Below, piece by piece: positions 1 to 11,281 of a stretch of 64,000 bases of DNA. The notes beneath the pieces were generated by a model. The model was not told the origin of the DNA. It ran no database searches and saw nothing but the letters and a program-made list of their open reading frames with translations. Every line of letters begins with the position of its first letter. Within the stretch, counting starts at the first letter, position 1. Position numbers and translations under genes: made by a program. This DNA is from an uncultured Gemmatimonadales bacterium. Lineage in GTDB: Bacteria; Gemmatimonadota; Gemmatimonadetes; Longimicrobiales; RSA9. Location of the stretch: positions 160,001-224,000 of the forward strand of contig CAWAMW010000017.1 in assembly GCA_963783305.1 (NCBI GenBank), in the 5' to 3' direction.

Positions 1-730
1 TCTTCAGCCCTCCCGACTCCGGCAGGAGCGCGTCGGCGCCCACGCGGACGTCGTCCATATGCAGCTCGCTGGTGTCGGACGCCAGCAGGCTCAGCTTTCC
101 CTTCTGGTCGCGTGCGCTGAAGCCATCGCTGTCCGTGTGGACGATGAAGCCGCGGATCGAGGAGACGTCGTCGATGTCGCCGGTCTTCGCCCACACGATC
201 GCGATGTCGGCCATGGACCCGTTCGTGATCCACATCTTCGACCCGTTCAGGACCCAGCCGTCGCCGTCCTTCTTCGCGGTCGTGAGCATGCCGCCGGGGT
301 TCGAGCCGAAGTCGGGCTCCGTCAGACCGAAGCAGCCGATGATCTCCCCCGCGGCCATGCCCGGAAGGTACTTCTCCCGCTGCTCCTCCGAGCCGAACTC
401 GTAAATGGGATACATGCACAGCGCCCCCTGCACGGAGGCGAACGACCGGATCCCCGAATCCCCCCGCTCCAGCTCCTGCATGATCAGACCGTACGCCACG
501 TTGTTGAGCCCCGCGCAGCCATACTTCTCCGGCAGGTTGGCGCCATAGATGCCCAGCTCGGCCATCTCCGGGATGAGCTCCTTCGGGAAGCGCTTCTCGA
601 TATACGCTTCCTCGATGATCGGCATGAGCGAGTCGTCCACCCACTGGCGGACGGTGTCGCGCACCATCCGCTCTTCCTCGCTCAGGAGCGAGTCGACGTC
701 GTAATAGTCCACACCCTGGAATTTTGCCAT
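1..730 (-). CDS. Acyl-CoA dehydrogenase, glutaryl-CoA dehydrogenase-like (3' end runs off the window)
   Basis: Read manually on the minus strand from ATG at 730: MAKFQGVDYYDVDSLLSEEERMVRDTVRQWVD..., with later CFGLTEPDFGS. Absent from the ORF track because it has no stop in the window; 59..751(+) is its antisense shadow. Confidence 0.85.
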   Translation of the reverse strand, partial: MAKFQGVDYYDVDSLLSEEERMVRDTVRQWVDDSLMPIIEEAYIEKRFPKELIPEMAELGIYGANLPEKYGCAGLNNVAYGLIMQELERGDSGIRSFASVQGALCMYPIYEFGSEEQREKYLPGMAAGEIIGCFGLTEPDFGSNPGGMLTTAKKDGDGWVLNGSKMWITNGSMADIAIVWAKTGDIDDVSSIRGFIVHTDSDGFSARDQKGKLSLLASDTSELHMDDVRVGADALLPESGGLK

Positions 731-879
731 CTTACAGTCCGTTCAGGTTGATCTGCGGGGGCCCTAACCTAATCGGTGGGCCGGGCCTTGGCGAGGTGGT
801 GCGCGTTGCCGCAGGTGGCACGCCCTCTGCGGCAGCATCGGGGTCGAGAGCCAACATCCCCCTGAACCCACGGAAAGCC

Positions 880-1263
880 ATGCGACTCATCGCAAGGATC
901 GCCCCCGCCGCCCTTCTCCTCACCATCGCGGCGTGCGCCACCACGGCCGAGCGTCTCCCGATCACGGACGTTCCGGCAGGCAACTACGTGATGGTGGAGC
1001 CCGCATCCGACACCTACCAGGCCGTCTCCATCACCGACCGCGCCTACATGATGCGCGCGGGCGACCAGCTGATGGGCGGGGAGATGTGGGTGGACGCAGC
1101 GGGCGATCTTCACCTGTTGGCCACCGACGGTCCCTGCCTGGGGCAGGAGTCACTCTGGAGGTACGATTACGAGGGCCGTCGCATCACGCTGGATCTGGTC
1201 GAGGACATGTGCACCGCGCGGATGAACGCCCTGCCGGATCGCATCGTCTACGAGCGCCGCTGA
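880..1263 (+). CDS. Hypothetical lipoprotein
   Basis: MRLIARIAPAALLLTIAAC lipobox; ATG at 880 preferred over 724. Confidence 0.7.
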   Translation: MRLIARIAPAALLLTIAACATTAERLPITDVPAGNYVMVEPASDTYQAVSITDRAYMMRAGDQLMGGEMWVDAAGDLHLLATDGPCLGQESLWRYDYEGRRITLDLVEDMCTARMNALPDRIVYERR

Positions 1264-1276
1264 CGCGACGGGCGAC

Positions 1277-2299
1277 CTAGCGCAGGTTGTCCAGCACGGC
1301 CGCGGCGAACTCATCCGTGCTCCCGGTGCCCCCCACGTCCCGCGTACGGCGGTCGTCGGGGCATTCCCGGAGGCAGCTGGTGAGGGCGCCGCGGATGCGG
1401 GTCGCCACCTCCTGCTGGCCCACGTGGTCCAGGAGCATGCACGCCGCCAGGATCTGGGCGGTAGGGTTGGCCACGCCCCGGCCGGCGATGTCGGGGGCGG
1501 ATCCGTGGACCGGCTCGAACATGGCCGCGTCGGTACCGATGTTCCCACCCGGCGCCATCCCGAGCCCGCCGACCAGGCCGGCCATGAGGTCGCTCAGGAT
1601 GTCCCCGAACATGTTCTCCATCACCAGCACGTCGAACTGATACGGGTTCAGGACCATGTTCATGGCGCACGCGTCGATGATCATGTCCTCGAACTCGATT
1701 CGGCCCTCGTACAGATCGGCCACCTCGTGGCCCACCTCCAGGAAGAGCCCCTGCGTGTACTTCAGGATGTTCGCCTTGTGGGCGATCGTGACTTTCTTCC
1801 TGTTGTTCGCCACGGCGTACTCGAACGCGTACTCCACGATCCGCCGGGCACCGAACCGGGTGATGATCATCACCGATTCCGCCGCCGCCTTCGGGTCGCC
1901 CTCGAGACCAATGTAGTGCTCCACACCGACATACAGCCCCTCGGTGTTTTCGCGGATCAGCACCAGGTCGATGTCCTCGTACCGACCGCCGGGCATGAGC
2001 GTTACCGCCGGGCGAACGTTGGCGTACAGGTCGAACTCCTTGCGGATCGCCACGTTGATCGACCGGAACCCCGACCCCACCGGCGTTGTCAGGGGGCCCT
2101 TCAGGATGAGCCCCGTTCGCTGCGCGGATTCCAGCGTCTCCCGGGGGAGCGGGTCATCCATCTCGTGGACGGCGGCCACGCCGGCCAGCTGCCGGTCGTA
2201 CTCCAGGTCCGCCCCGGCCTCATCGAGGATACGGAGCGTCGACTCCACGATGTCCGGTCCGATCCCGTCGCCGGGGATCAGTGTTACGGTCGTGCTCAT
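1277..2299 (-). CDS. Isocitrate/isopropylmalate dehydrogenase family (NAD-dependent IDH-like)
   Basis: [33 protein letters not shown] and [13 protein letters not shown] motifs. Confidence 0.9.
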   Translation of the reverse strand: MSTTVTLIPGDGIGPDIVESTLRILDEAGADLEYDRQLAGVAAVHEMDDPLPRETLESAQRTGLILKGPLTTPVGSGFRSINVAIRKEFDLYANVRPAVTLMPGGRYEDIDLVLIRENTEGLYVGVEHYIGLEGDPKAAAESVMIITRFGARRIVEYAFEYAVANNRKKVTIAHKANILKYTQGLFLEVGHEVADLYEGRIEFEDMIIDACAMNMVLNPYQFDVLVMENMFGDILSDLMAGLVGGLGMAPGGNIGTDAAMFEPVHGSAPDIAGRGVANPTAQILAACMLLDHVGQQEVATRIRGALTSCLRECPDDRRTRDVGGTGSTDEFAAAVLDNLR

Positions 2300-2306
2300 C
2301 GGTCCC

Positions 2307-2828
2307 TCAATTCACGTATTCAGGATTGTAGCGGAACTCGGTGCGCTCCTCGCTCCACTCCGTCAGCTCTTCGAGCTTGCGCGGGTTCTCCCTCCCGCCC
2401 TCGAGCGCGGTGCCGAGGATGTTCAGCGTGCGCCGCCACTGCACGTCACTCATGGCGTTCCTCCGCAGCATGGCCCGCGCCACCTCGTCGCCGTCGGGGA
2501 GTCGCGTGATGACCCGCACGGCGGCGATGCCCGGGTAGGCCTCGAAGAGGGACCGGGTCGACGGCGTCATCAGGTAGACGTACGGCCCCACCCGCGCCCA
2601 CAGGGATCCGCCCCGCTCCAGCTGCCGGTACGGCTGCTCGACGTGCACCTCCACAATGTTCCCGCGGAGCCGAACCGAATCGATCCCGCGATACTCCGTG
2701 TAATAGGGCTCGACCTCCTCCACGGGCGGCGGCTCGGGCCCCTCCCGATCCAGGTACTCCCGCACGCGGTCGCACCCGCCGAGCATTACGAGGCCGGCCA
2801 GGCCGGCCGCCATCATGTATGCCTTCAC
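2307..2828 (-). CDS. Hypothetical lipoprotein
   Basis: GTG start, MKAYMMAAGLAGLVMLGGC lipobox; co-directional with neighbours. Confidence 0.65.
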   Translation of the reverse strand: MKAYMMAAGLAGLVMLGGCDRVREYLDREGPEPPPVEEVEPYYTEYRGIDSVRLRGNIVEVHVEQPYRQLERGGSLWARVGPYVYLMTPSTRSLFEAYPGIAAVRVITRLPDGDEVARAMLRRNAMSDVQWRRTLNILGTALEGGRENPRKLEELTEWSEERTEFRYNPEYVN

Positions 2829-2874
2829 TCCACGTCCTTCGTTTCGGTCCGGTCCCACTGTGGCCGCCACCTTA

Positions 2875-3453
2875 TCAGGGCACAAGGCTCCGCGCCACCG
2901 CTTCGGCGAGGGTGGCCAGGGCCGCCGTACCCGTGGGGCTCGTCGGGCTCCGGGTCCGGTGCAGCCACAGGACCCTCCCACCGCGGATGTCCACCACCGC
3001 CATGGTCAGGTCGAGCTGGATGCCGGTGGAATCCGTTCGCTCCTCGAGCGACACCGGCACCAGTGCGAGGTTCGCGTCCACCACCGCACCGAGCTGCCGC
3101 AGCGCGCCGTAGAGCGGGTCTATGATGCGACGGTCGTTCCCGCCCATGTCCAGCACCGGCCGCTGGAGCGACGCGAGCCGCAGTCGCCACGCGGGCGCAC
3201 GGTCCGCCGCCGCCTGGAGCTCGGCCGGCAGCAGCCACTCGACGGCGGGCAGCGCGTCCTGCAGCCAGTAGGCGAGCTCGGCATCCAGCTGCTCCGGTCC
3301 CGGCGTCTGCACCGGCAGGAGCATGACGCGCTCACCGGCGAGGTTGGGCGCGGCAGGGGCGGGGCCGGGCGCGCGCTCTGCGCTCCGGCCGCCGCAGGCC
3401 GCCGCCAGGGCGAGCAGCCCGAGCACGAGCGCCGTCCGGAGAGGGTGAGTCAT
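2875..3453 (-). CDS. Hypothetical lipoprotein
   Basis: MTHPLRTALVLGLLALAAAC lipobox; starts just after the stop of the upstream hydratase. Confidence 0.65.
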   Translation of the reverse strand: MTHPLRTALVLGLLALAAACGGRSAERAPGPAPAAPNLAGERVMLLPVQTPGPEQLDAELAYWLQDALPAVEWLLPAELQAAADRAPAWRLRLASLQRPVLDMGGNDRRIIDPLYGALRQLGAVVDANLALVPVSLEERTDSTGIQLDLTMAVVDIRGGRVLWLHRTRSPTSPTGTAALATLAEAVARSLVP

Positions 3454-3458
3454 CGCGC

Positions 3459-4226
3459 TCACCGGTGCGACCAGCGCGGCTCTCGGCCCTCGCGGTGCGC
3501 GCGGATCCCCTCCCCGGCGTCCTCCAGGTCCATGAGCTCCCGGAGGTACAGGTTCTGGACCCGGTAGAGTGCTTCCTCGTACGTCGAGTAGTACGCCTCG
3601 TACTGCGCGCGCTTGGCGAGCTGGAGCACGGGGCCGCTCTTGGCCGTGAGCTCCGCGACGAACCGGTCGAGCGCCTCGTCGAACGAGCTCTCCTCGAAGA
3701 TCCGGTTCACCAGCCCCACGTCGTACAGCTCCCCGGGCGTAATCTCGTTGCCGGTGAGGATCCACTCCATCGCGCGACGACGGGGCACGACCCTGGGCAG
3801 GATGATGGTGGCGATGTGCGGGATGAGCCCGCGGTCGATCTCCGGCAACCGGAACGTGGCGTTCCGGGAGGCGACGATCAGATTGCAGCCCAGGGCGAGT
3901 TCGAACCCGCTGCCCCACGCCGGTCCCTGCACGGCGGCGATGGAGACCATGTCGATCATCCGGATGGTCTCGAAGATCCGGCTGTACACCTGGAGCATCC
4001 GCTGGAGGCGCTCCCTGCCGTGGTCGGCCAGGTCGAGACCGCGGCAGAAAATGGACTCGCTGCCCCGGATGACCAGCACCTCCACGAGCCCACGGTTTCG
4101 CAGGTCCAGCAGACCCTCGTTGATCTCCTCCATCATGTCGATGTGGAGGAGGTTCTCCGGAGGACGCTCGAGCGTCAGCGTCGCCGACCGCTCGCGTTCC
4201 TCGATCCGTATGTGGTCGTACCCCAT
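3459..4226 (-). CDS. Enoyl-CoA hydratase/isomerase (crotonase) family
   Basis: FCRGLDL, GSGFELALGC, FRLPEIDRGLIP and C-terminal DAGEGIRA crotonase motifs. Confidence 0.9.
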   Translation of the reverse strand: MGYDHIRIEERERSATLTLERPPENLLHIDMMEEINEGLLDLRNRGLVEVLVIRGSESIFCRGLDLADHGRERLQRMLQVYSRIFETIRMIDMVSIAAVQGPAWGSGFELALGCNLIVASRNATFRLPEIDRGLIPHIATIILPRVVPRRRAMEWILTGNEITPGELYDVGLVNRIFEESSFDEALDRFVAELTAKSGPVLQLAKRAQYEAYYSTYEEALYRVQNLYLRELMDLEDAGEGIRAHREGREPRWSHR

Positions 4227-4235
4227 GGCATCGTC

Positions 4236-5156
4236 CTACAGTAGGTGCCCGCCATCGACCGGGATGACCGCGCCGGTGATGTGCCGGGCCTGCTCGGAGC
4301 AGAGGAAGAGCACCACGTGGGCCACGTCCTGCGGTCCCCCGAGTCGGCCGAGCACGCTGTGCTCCCGTGCCTCGTCCAGGATCTCGGCCGGCACTGCATC
4401 CGTCAGGCGCGTCGTCCGGATGTACCCGGGTGCGACGGCGTTCACATTCACGTTCGAGGGCCCCAGCTCCACGGCCGCGGAGCGCGTCAACCCCAGCAGG
4501 CCCGCCTTCGAGGCCGCGTAGTTGGCCAGCCCGAACTCCGGCCGGATCCCGTGGATCGAGCTGATGTTGACGATCTTGCCATCCTGCTGAGCGCGGAAAT
4601 CAGGGGCCAGGGCCCGGATCATGTTGAAGGCCCCCGTCAGGTTCGTGCCCAGGACGTCCGCCCACTCCCCGTCGCTCATGCGCCAGAGCGCACGGTCCCG
4701 ACCGATCCCGGCGTTGTTCACCAGGATATCGATCCGACCGAGCTCCTCGCGGGCGCCGTCCACGAACTCCTTCACGGCGTCCGGGTCGCGGACATCGCAT
4801 TCCTGGTGGAAGACCTTGACCTCGAGCTGCCGCAGCTCGAGGGCGGTGCGCTTCGCCTCCTCCCGGCCGCTCGCGCTGCCCAGGTAATTGAAGGCGACGT
4901 TCACGCCATGCCGGGCGAGCTCGAGAGCCGTGGCGCGGCCGATCCCCGTGGAGGCCCCCGTCACGACGGCTCCGCGACCCCTCAGGTCCGCGAACCACGT
5001 GGCGGGGCGCGGCTGCGACTCCTCGACGACCTGGGCCAGGAGTTGCTCGAGGACCTCCACCTCGTCCACCACCTGGTGGCCGGGACTGGTGCCCGGTTCG
5101 GGGTCCCCGTTCGTACGGGCGCCCGGCGGTTTCGGGGCGGGCTCGTCCTTCGACAT
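4236..5156 (-). CDS. SDR oxidoreductase, FabG-like, with ~55-aa N-terminal extension
   Basis: TGASTGIG, LVNNAGI, YAASK and VNAVAPG motifs. Confidence 0.88.
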   Translation of the reverse strand: MSKDEPAPKPPGARTNGDPEPGTSPGHQVVDEVEVLEQLLAQVVEESQPRPATWFADLRGRGAVVTGASTGIGRATALELARHGVNVAFNYLGSASGREEAKRTALELRQLEVKVFHQECDVRDPDAVKEFVDGAREELGRIDILVNNAGIGRDRALWRMSDGEWADVLGTNLTGAFNMIRALAPDFRAQQDGKIVNISSIHGIRPEFGLANYAASKAGLLGLTRSAAVELGPSNVNVNAVAPGYIRTTRLTDAVPAEILDEAREHSVLGRLGGPQDVAHVVLFLCSEQARHITGAVIPVDGGHLL

Positions 5157-5245
5157 GGACCCCCTTTGCTGACCGGGCGAGATGAGTGGGCGGACCGGCG
5201 CAGAATGGGACCGCCCGGGGGCAGTGTCAAGCGAGAGCGTGCCCC

Positions 5246-5950
5246 TCAGCCGGCCGCCTCACCCTCCCCGTCATCCGTCTTGCGCGTCCGGTGGAAGGCG
5301 TGCTTGATCGTCTTGCCTTCCACCATGAAGACCACGTCCTCCGCCACGTTCGTCGCGAGGTCCGCGATCCGCTCGAGGTTCCGGGACACCAGGATCAGAT
5401 CGATCCCCGCGCCGATCTTCCGGGGCTCCTCCATCATGTGCGTCAGCAGGATCCGGAACACGTTCTCGTGCAGCTCGTCCACCCGGTCATCGCGTTTCCC
5501 GATCTCCCGGGCCAGCTGTGCGTCGGAGCGGACGAAGGCATCCAGCGCGTCATTGAGCATGTCCGTGGCCAGCCCCGTCATCTCCTCCAGCTCGGGTAGC
5601 TGGGGCAGTCTCGGCGCCTCCACGACGAACTCCAGGACCTCGGCGATGTTGACCGCATGGTCGCCTACCCGCTCCAGGTCGTTGCCGATCTTCATGGCCA
5701 TGGTGATGAACCGGAGGTCGCGGGCCATGGGCTGCTGGAGGGCGAGCAGGCTGATGGCCTGGTTGTCCACGGCCATCTCCAGCTTATCGATCTCCACGTC
5801 GCTCCTCTTCACCTGCCGCGCGAGCTCCACGTCGCGCTCCAGCAGACTTTGCACCGCCAGCGCCACCTGCCGCTCCGCCAGCCCCGCCATCCGCACCAGC
5901 GACTCCTTCAGCCGGTCCAGCTCCGTCTCGAAGTGCCGGTGCTGCTTCAT
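5246..5950 (-). CDS. phoU: Phosphate signalling protein PhoU
   Basis: [21 protein letters not shown] and [13 protein letters not shown] repeats; follows pstB. Confidence 0.95.
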   Translation of the reverse strand: MKQHRHFETELDRLKESLVRMAGLAERQVALAVQSLLERDVELARQVKRSDVEIDKLEMAVDNQAISLLALQQPMARDLRFITMAMKIGNDLERVGDHAVNIAEVLEFVVEAPRLPQLPELEEMTGLATDMLNDALDAFVRSDAQLAREIGKRDDRVDELHENVFRILLTHMMEEPRKIGAGIDLILVSRNLERIADLATNVAEDVVFMVEGKTIKHAFHRTRKTDDGEGEAAG

Positions 5951-6747
5951 CCGAACCTCCCGGTAATGTAGGACTCCGTGCGCTCCTCCACGGGGTTGGT
6001 GAAGATCCCGTCCGTCTCACCGTACTCGATCAGCTCCCCCATGTACAGGAACGCCGTAAAGTCGGAGATCCGCGCCGCCTGCTGCATGTTGTGGGTCACG
6101 ATCACGACCGAATAGTCCTCCTTCAGGTCGAAGATGAGCTCCTCGATCCGCTGGGTCGCGATGGGGTCCAGCGCAGACGTGGGCTCGTCCATGAGAATCA
6201 CCTCCGGCTCGATGGCCAGCGCGCGTGCCACTACCAGCCGCTGCTGTTGTCCGCCCGAGAGGCCCAGCGCTCCCTCGTGCAGGCGGTCCTTCACCTCGTC
6301 CCACAGCGCCGCCTGCCTCAGCGACCGCTCCACCAGCTCCGCCATATCCCCCTTGAATCCGTTGATCCGTGCGCCAAACGCCACGTTGTCGTAGATCGAC
6401 TTAGGGAACGGGTTCGGCTTCTGGAACACCATCCCGATCCGCCGGCGGACGTCGACGGGGTCCACGTCGGGGCCGTACAGCGACTCACCGCGAAACCGGA
6501 CGGCGCCTTCCACGCGCGCCGCGGGGACCAGGTCGTTCATCCGGTTGAAGCAGCGCAGGAGCGTGCTCTTGCCGCACCCGGATGGGCCGATGAACGCCAC
6601 CACCTGCTTGCGCGGGATCTTCAGCGTGATGTCCTTCACCGCGGCCTTGTCACCGTACCGGACCCACAGGCCCTCCGTCTCCAGTACCGCGTCTCCGGGC
6701 GGCGTGATGATGGACCCTCCGGTGGCCTCTGTCGTGGAATCCGTCAT
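5947..6747 (-). CDS. pstB: Phosphate ABC transporter ATP-binding protein
   Basis: [45 protein letters not shown]. Confidence 0.97.
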   Translation of the reverse strand: MTDSTTEATGGSIITPPGDAVLETEGLWVRYGDKAAVKDITLKIPRKQVVAFIGPSGCGKSTLLRCFNRMNDLVPAARVEGAVRFRGESLYGPDVDPVDVRRRIGMVFQKPNPFPKSIYDNVAFGARINGFKGDMAELVERSLRQAALWDEVKDRLHEGALGLSGGQQQRLVVARALAIEPEVILMDEPTSALDPIATQRIEELIFDLKEDYSVVIVTHNMQQAARISDFTAFLYMGELIEYGETDGIFTNPVEERTESYITGRFG

Positions 6748-7655
6748 TCGCCCCTCGACTTCTGGAAATGGTTTCGCAGCCAGATGGCGCCGGCATTCAT
6801 GCTCAGGAGGACCAGGAGCAGAACGACAATGGCGCTGGCCGCCAGCTCGTGGAACTCCGCCTGCGGACGTCCGATCCAGTCATAGATCTGGATGGGCAGG
6901 ACCGTGAACGCGTCCAGCGGTCCGGCCGGCAGGAACGCCACGTAGCCGACGGCGCCGATCACGATGAGCGGTGCGGTCTCCCCGATGGCCCGTGACAGGG
7001 CCAGGATCGTGCCGGTCATGATGCCGGGGAACGCCTGCGGCAGAACCTGCCGCGAGATTGCCTGCCAGCGCGTGGCGCCAAGGGCGTACGCGCCGAATCG
7101 ATAGCTGGGCGGAACCGCGCGGATCGCCTCCTGCGCCGCAATGATGATCACGGGCAGGATGAGCAGCGCCAGCGTGGCGGCCCCGGCCAGCAGGCTTCGA
7201 CCCATGGCCATGGCGCGCACGAACACCGCCAGCCCCAGGATCCCGTACACGATGGACGGCACGGCGGCCAGGTTGGAGATGTTGAGCTGGATGATCCGCC
7301 GGAGCCGGTTATTGGGAGCGTATTCTTCCAGCCAGATCGCCGTCCCCACGCCCAGCGGGAAGGAGAGGGCCGCGGTGAGGCCGAGGATCCAGAGGGACCC
7401 CACCACCGCCGGCCAGACACCCGCGCGAGCAGCGATCCGGGAGGGGAATGAGGTGATGAAGGACCAGGACACCCCGCCGATCCCGTCGGAAATCAGGTCG
7501 AAGAGGAGCACGACGAGCATGAGCACGCCGAAGAGTGTGGCCCCCATGGCCACCGCGGCGAACACCCTGCCCGTCCGGTGCCTCTGCCGGATCCGCGGGT
7601 CGTATTCCGCGGCATCGGTGAGCGTGGAGTCGAGTCGTGCGCGCGGGACGCTCAC
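6744..7655 (-). CDS. pstA: Phosphate ABC transporter permease PstA
   Basis: [24 protein letters not shown]; position in the pst operon. Confidence 0.95.
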   Translation of the reverse strand: MSVPRARLDSTLTDAAEYDPRIRQRHRTGRVFAAVAMGATLFGVLMLVVLLFDLISDGIGGVSWSFITSFPSRIAARAGVWPAVVGSLWILGLTAALSFPLGVGTAIWLEEYAPNNRLRRIIQLNISNLAAVPSIVYGILGLAVFVRAMAMGRSLLAGAATLALLILPVIIIAAQEAIRAVPPSYRFGAYALGATRWQAISRQVLPQAFPGIMTGTILALSRAIGETAPLIVIGAVGYVAFLPAGPLDAFTVLPIQIYDWIGRPQAEFHELAASAIVVLLLVLLSMNAGAIWLRNHFQKSRGE

Positions 7656-8581
7656 TCGTACACCTCCCGAAAGCGTCGGAGGATCAGCAGGCTGATGGCG
7701 TTCATGGCGAGCGTGATCAGGAAGAGCACCAGCCCCACGGCGAAGATGGTCTTGTACTCGATGCTCCCGTACGGCGTCTCACCGCGACTCACCTGCACGA
7801 TGTAGGCGGTCATGGTCTCGATGCTGGTGAACGGGTTCAGCGTCAGCTTGGGCGTGGCACCCGCCGCGATGGTCACCGCCATCGTCTCACCGATCGCCCG
7901 CGACAGCGCCAGGATGAACGACGCGATCACGCCCGACAGCGCCGCCGGGAACACCGTCCGCGTCGCCACCTCGTACTTCGTCGCCCCCAGCGCGAACGCC
8001 CCCTGCCGGAGCGAGTCCGGGACCGACGACAGCGCGTCCTCCGACAGCGAGGATACCAGCGGGATGATCATGATCCCCACCACGATGCTCGCGCTGGCCG
8101 CGTTGAAGATATCGGTACCCGGCACCACCATCCGGATCAGCGGCGTGACGAAGGTCAGGGCGAAATAGCCGTACACCACCGTTGGGATCCCCGCCAGGAT
8201 CTCCAGCGCCGGCTTCACGACCTTCCGGATCCGCCCGGGGGCGTACTCGCTCAGGTAGATGGCGATGAGGACGCCCAGCGGCAGCGCCACGACGGCCGCG
8301 CCCACCGCCACGAGCACCGACCCGGCCACGAGCGGCAGAATGCCGAAGCTCTGCGGCCGGATCAACGGCGCCCAGCGGGTCCCCGTGAGGAACTCCCACG
8401 GGGACACCTGGAGAAAGAAGCCCACGGACTCCTCCACCAGCACCACCACGATCCCGAGGGTCGTGAGGATGCTGATGACGCTGAACAGCAGGAGCACGCC
8501 GCCGATGGCTCGCTCCGTGGCGCGCCGGCGGCGACGGCTCGGTGGCGCCCAGCGGGATTCAGCTTCCGCCGGCAAGCTCAT
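7652..8581 (-). CDS. pstC: Phosphate ABC transporter permease PstC
   Basis: [22 protein letters not shown]; position in the pst operon. Confidence 0.95.
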   Translation of the reverse strand: MSLPAEAESRWAPPSRRRRRATERAIGGVLLLFSVISILTTLGIVVVLVEESVGFFLQVSPWEFLTGTRWAPLIRPQSFGILPLVAGSVLVAVGAAVVALPLGVLIAIYLSEYAPGRIRKVVKPALEILAGIPTVVYGYFALTFVTPLIRMVVPGTDIFNAASASIVVGIMIIPLVSSLSEDALSSVPDSLRQGAFALGATKYEVATRTVFPAALSGVIASFILALSRAIGETMAVTIAAGATPKLTLNPFTSIETMTAYIVQVSRGETPYGSIEYKTIFAVGLVLFLITLAMNAISLLILRRFREVYE

Positions 8582-9494
8582 CGATCCGGCTCAGGTTCTG
8601 ATCATAGTCCGTCGCCGACAGCGGGACGTACCCGGCCGCCGGCACCAGCTCCTCGGCCTGGTTCATGTAGAACTCCACGAACGAGCGGACCTCGGGACGC
8701 GCCAGCGCGCTGCCCTTCACGTAGATGTAGATGGGGCGCGCGAGCGGTGTGTAGCTCCCGGACCCAATGGTCTCGCGCCCGGGGTCCACGCAGCCGTTGC
8801 CGCCGTCCACCGCCACCGCCTTCAGCTGCGTCGGGTTCTGCTCGTAGTAGGCAAAACCGAAGTACCCGAGGGCGCTCGCGTCACCGGCCACACCCTGCAC
8901 GAGCACGTTGTCGTCCTCACTCGCGGTGTAGTCCTGCCGGCTCGCGCCGTCCTCACCCATGATCACCTCTGTGAAGTAGTCGAACGTGCCCGAGTCCGTA
9001 CCGGGGCCGTAGAGCTTGATCTCCTGGTTCGGCCACTCGCTCCGCACGTCCGACCACATCTGGATCTCGCTCCCGGGTCCCCAGATCCGGCGCAGCTCGT
9101 CCACCGTCAGGCACTGCACGAAGTCGTTCGCAGGGTTGGTCACCACCGTGATGCCGTCCATGCCCACTTCGAGCTGAATGGGCTCGATCCCGTTCTGCTC
9201 GCACAACGCTTCCTCCGACGGCTTGATCGGTCGCGACGCGTCGCTGATCTCCGTCTCGCCGGCACAGAAACGCTGGAACCCGCCGCCCGTGCCCGACTGC
9301 GACACGGTCACCCGCACGCCACGGCCCTCCTGCGACATCATGAACTCCTCGGCCATGGCCTGACTCACGGGGTACACGGTGCTCGACCCATCGATCTGGA
9401 TGCGACCGCCGCCCTCGGCACCGCCGTCCCCACCACCGCACGCCGCCATCGAAAGGGCGGCCACCAACGGGACCAACCGGTTCAACATCTTCAT
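8559..9494 (-). CDS. pstS: Phosphate-binding lipoprotein PstS
   Basis: Lipobox [32 protein letters not shown] 6 nt before ATG 9494. Confidence 0.95.
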   Translation of the reverse strand: MKMLNRLVPLVAALSMAACGGGDGGAEGGGRIQIDGSSTVYPVSQAMAEEFMMSQEGRGVRVTVSQSGTGGGFQRFCAGETEISDASRPIKPSEEALCEQNGIEPIQLEVGMDGITVVTNPANDFVQCLTVDELRRIWGPGSEIQMWSDVRSEWPNQEIKLYGPGTDSGTFDYFTEVIMGEDGASRQDYTASEDDNVLVQGVAGDASALGYFGFAYYEQNPTQLKAVAVDGGNGCVDPGRETIGSGSYTPLARPIYIYVKGSALARPEVRSFVEFYMNQAEELVPAAGYVPLSATDYDQNLSRIDELAGGS

Positions 9495-9531
9495 CACTCG
9501 CCTCCATTGCTGTAGAGAACCATCCGACTCA

Positions 9532-10641
9532 TTAGAAGTACACCTGGATCTGCGCCACGAGGGCGAGCTCCGGGTCCAGCGCGTCGCTCTCCGGCACGTA
9601 CACATCGCCGTTCAGCATCAGGCGGTTGCGGCCGTCGAAGTACAGGTTCAGCCCCGGCGTCACCAGGAACCCGGCATCGTCCGCCGCATCCGTGGACGGG
9701 TCCGCCCAGCCGAGCCGGAGCACCGGCTCCAGGCCTTCCACCCTGCCCTGCCGCGGCGCGAACCAGCTCACCAGCCCGTGGAGACCCATCATTGTCGGGA
9801 GCTCCGGCCCCGCCGACACCAGCGGATCGTCCCCCATCATCCACTCGGCCCGCGCGTGCAGCCCCGGCTCCCGGAATCCGCCCCAGCTGGCGTCCAGCTC
9901 CAGCGCCTTCCCGTAGACCTCGTCGGAGCCATCGAACAGGCCCGTGGGCTGTACACTCAAACCGGCGCCGATCACCAGCGGTGTGGCACCCGACCCGACG
10001 ATCCCGCCGAGGTCGTACGTCACCCGGCCCGCGTACGCCTTCGTCCCCGCCGTCTCCTTCGTGTTCGCACCCTCGCCGTTGAAGATGCCCACGGCGTAAT
10101 CCGCGCCGCCCAGTCCGCCGTGGAGCATGACCCCCACCTGCCGGCCCAGATACCCGGACTCCGACAGCAGGTACTGCGACTCCGCCGGCACCCCCACCAC
10201 CTCGGACAGCCCACGGATTCGCACACCTCGCTCGATCGTGCGGATCTTTGTGCTGCTCTCCAGCTCGAACACACCGAACGGCTTCTTGAACTGACCCGCC
10301 CGGATCCCTACCTGATCATCCAGCGCCAGGTCGATGTAACCGTCGGTCAGACGCGCGCCGCCACCCGCGAAATCGGCCTCCACCTTCCCGGTGATCCACT
10401 CCCCGTACGCGAGCTCCGCGCCGAACCGGACCCGCCGCGTCTCGAACGCCGACGACGCGGGCGCCACCGCCACGTCCTCGTCGTCCACCAATGTGGTGTT
10501 CAACTGGACCTGGACCCGCCCCGTCAGGTCGACCTGGAGCGGGCCGGCCGTGACCTGCTGCGCGGCCGCGGGGGCCGCGAGCAGCGCCAGCGCGAGCAGC
10601 GCGCTCCATCCCGGGACCGCTTTCCCTGTCATCGACGCCAT
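9532..10641 (-). CDS. Phosphate-selective porin (OprO/OprP-like)
   Basis: Signal peptide, FETRRVR, LTDGYI, GQFKKPFG, C-terminal QIQVYF; directly upstream of pstS. Confidence 0.8.
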   Translation of the reverse strand: MASMTGKAVPGWSALLALALLAAPAAAQQVTAGPLQVDLTGRVQVQLNTTLVDDEDVAVAPASSAFETRRVRFGAELAYGEWITGKVEADFAGGGARLTDGYIDLALDDQVGIRAGQFKKPFGVFELESSTKIRTIERGVRIRGLSEVVGVPAESQYLLSESGYLGRQVGVMLHGGLGGADYAVGIFNGEGANTKETAGTKAYAGRVTYDLGGIVGSGATPLVIGAGLSVQPTGLFDGSDEVYGKALELDASWGGFREPGLHARAEWMMGDDPLVSAGPELPTMMGLHGLVSWFAPRQGRVEGLEPVLRLGWADPSTDAADDAGFLVTPGLNLYFDGRNRLMLNGDVYVPESDALDPELALVAQIQVYF

Positions 10642-10696
10642 CTCTCATCTCCGCGTTGGTGTGTAACGAGCTGCACACAGAGATAGCGGTTGATCC

Positions 10697-10740
10697 GTGA
10701 GACTCCGGTCACGGCCATGTAACAACGCGGTAACGGGATC
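10697..10740. promoter_or_regulatory. Putative Pho box array upstream of porin-pstSCAB-phoU
   Basis: GTGAG/GTCAC/GTAAC/GTAAC at 10697, 10708, 10719 and 10730 (exact 11-bp period). Confidence 0.7.
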
Positions 10741-10761
10741 GGGCGCCCGCTCAGTGTCTGC

Positions 10762-11139
10762 TCACCGCGAGGGAGTCGGACCAGGGCGAGTCGCGGGTCG
10801 GATCGAAGAAGATGAGCTCGTCCGGATCGTGAAGGCGCGGAGCGGGTGCCAGGAGGGGGCGTGGTGCAGCTCCGGGTCGAGGTTGAGGAGGTCGATGGCC
10901 CGGTCGTCACGGCGCTGTGCCCAGCTGAGGAGCGCGGAAGCGAGAATGCGTGCGGCCTCCGGCGAGGCGGCCTCGAGGGAGGAGCATTCCAGACGGAGGC
11001 GCACGCTCTGGTAGTCACCATCAGCTGTTCTCCACGCCGCGCGCCATGTGCGCGTCCAGCGCGCCCCCCAGCCGAACGCAGCAGGAGCGACCCCTGCGGA
11101 ACGTGCGATTCCGGCTTCGCGATCCACGTGCGTCTGCAC
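10762..11139 (-). CDS. Hypothetical protein (uncertain)
   Basis: GTG start preceded by GGGGAGG; fills the gap between phoR and the porin promoter; no recognisable motif. Confidence 0.3.
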   Translation of the reverse strand: MQTHVDREAGIARSAGVAPAAFGWGARWTRTWRAAWRTADGDYQSVRLRLECSSLEAASPEAARILASALLSWAQRRDDRAIDLLNLDPELHHAPSWHPLRAFTIRTSSSSSIRPATRPGPTPSR

Positions 11140-11281
11140 GATGCCTCCCCATCAGACGGTGAGCGGGGCTCGGCGAGCTCCCGTGCCGTACGATCGCGGG
11201 GAGCGATCTCGTGGGGGTCACACGTCCGTAGCGGGCGGGAAACGCCAGGCCGGAGAGCCCGCGCGCGCTCCGCTGCGCGTG

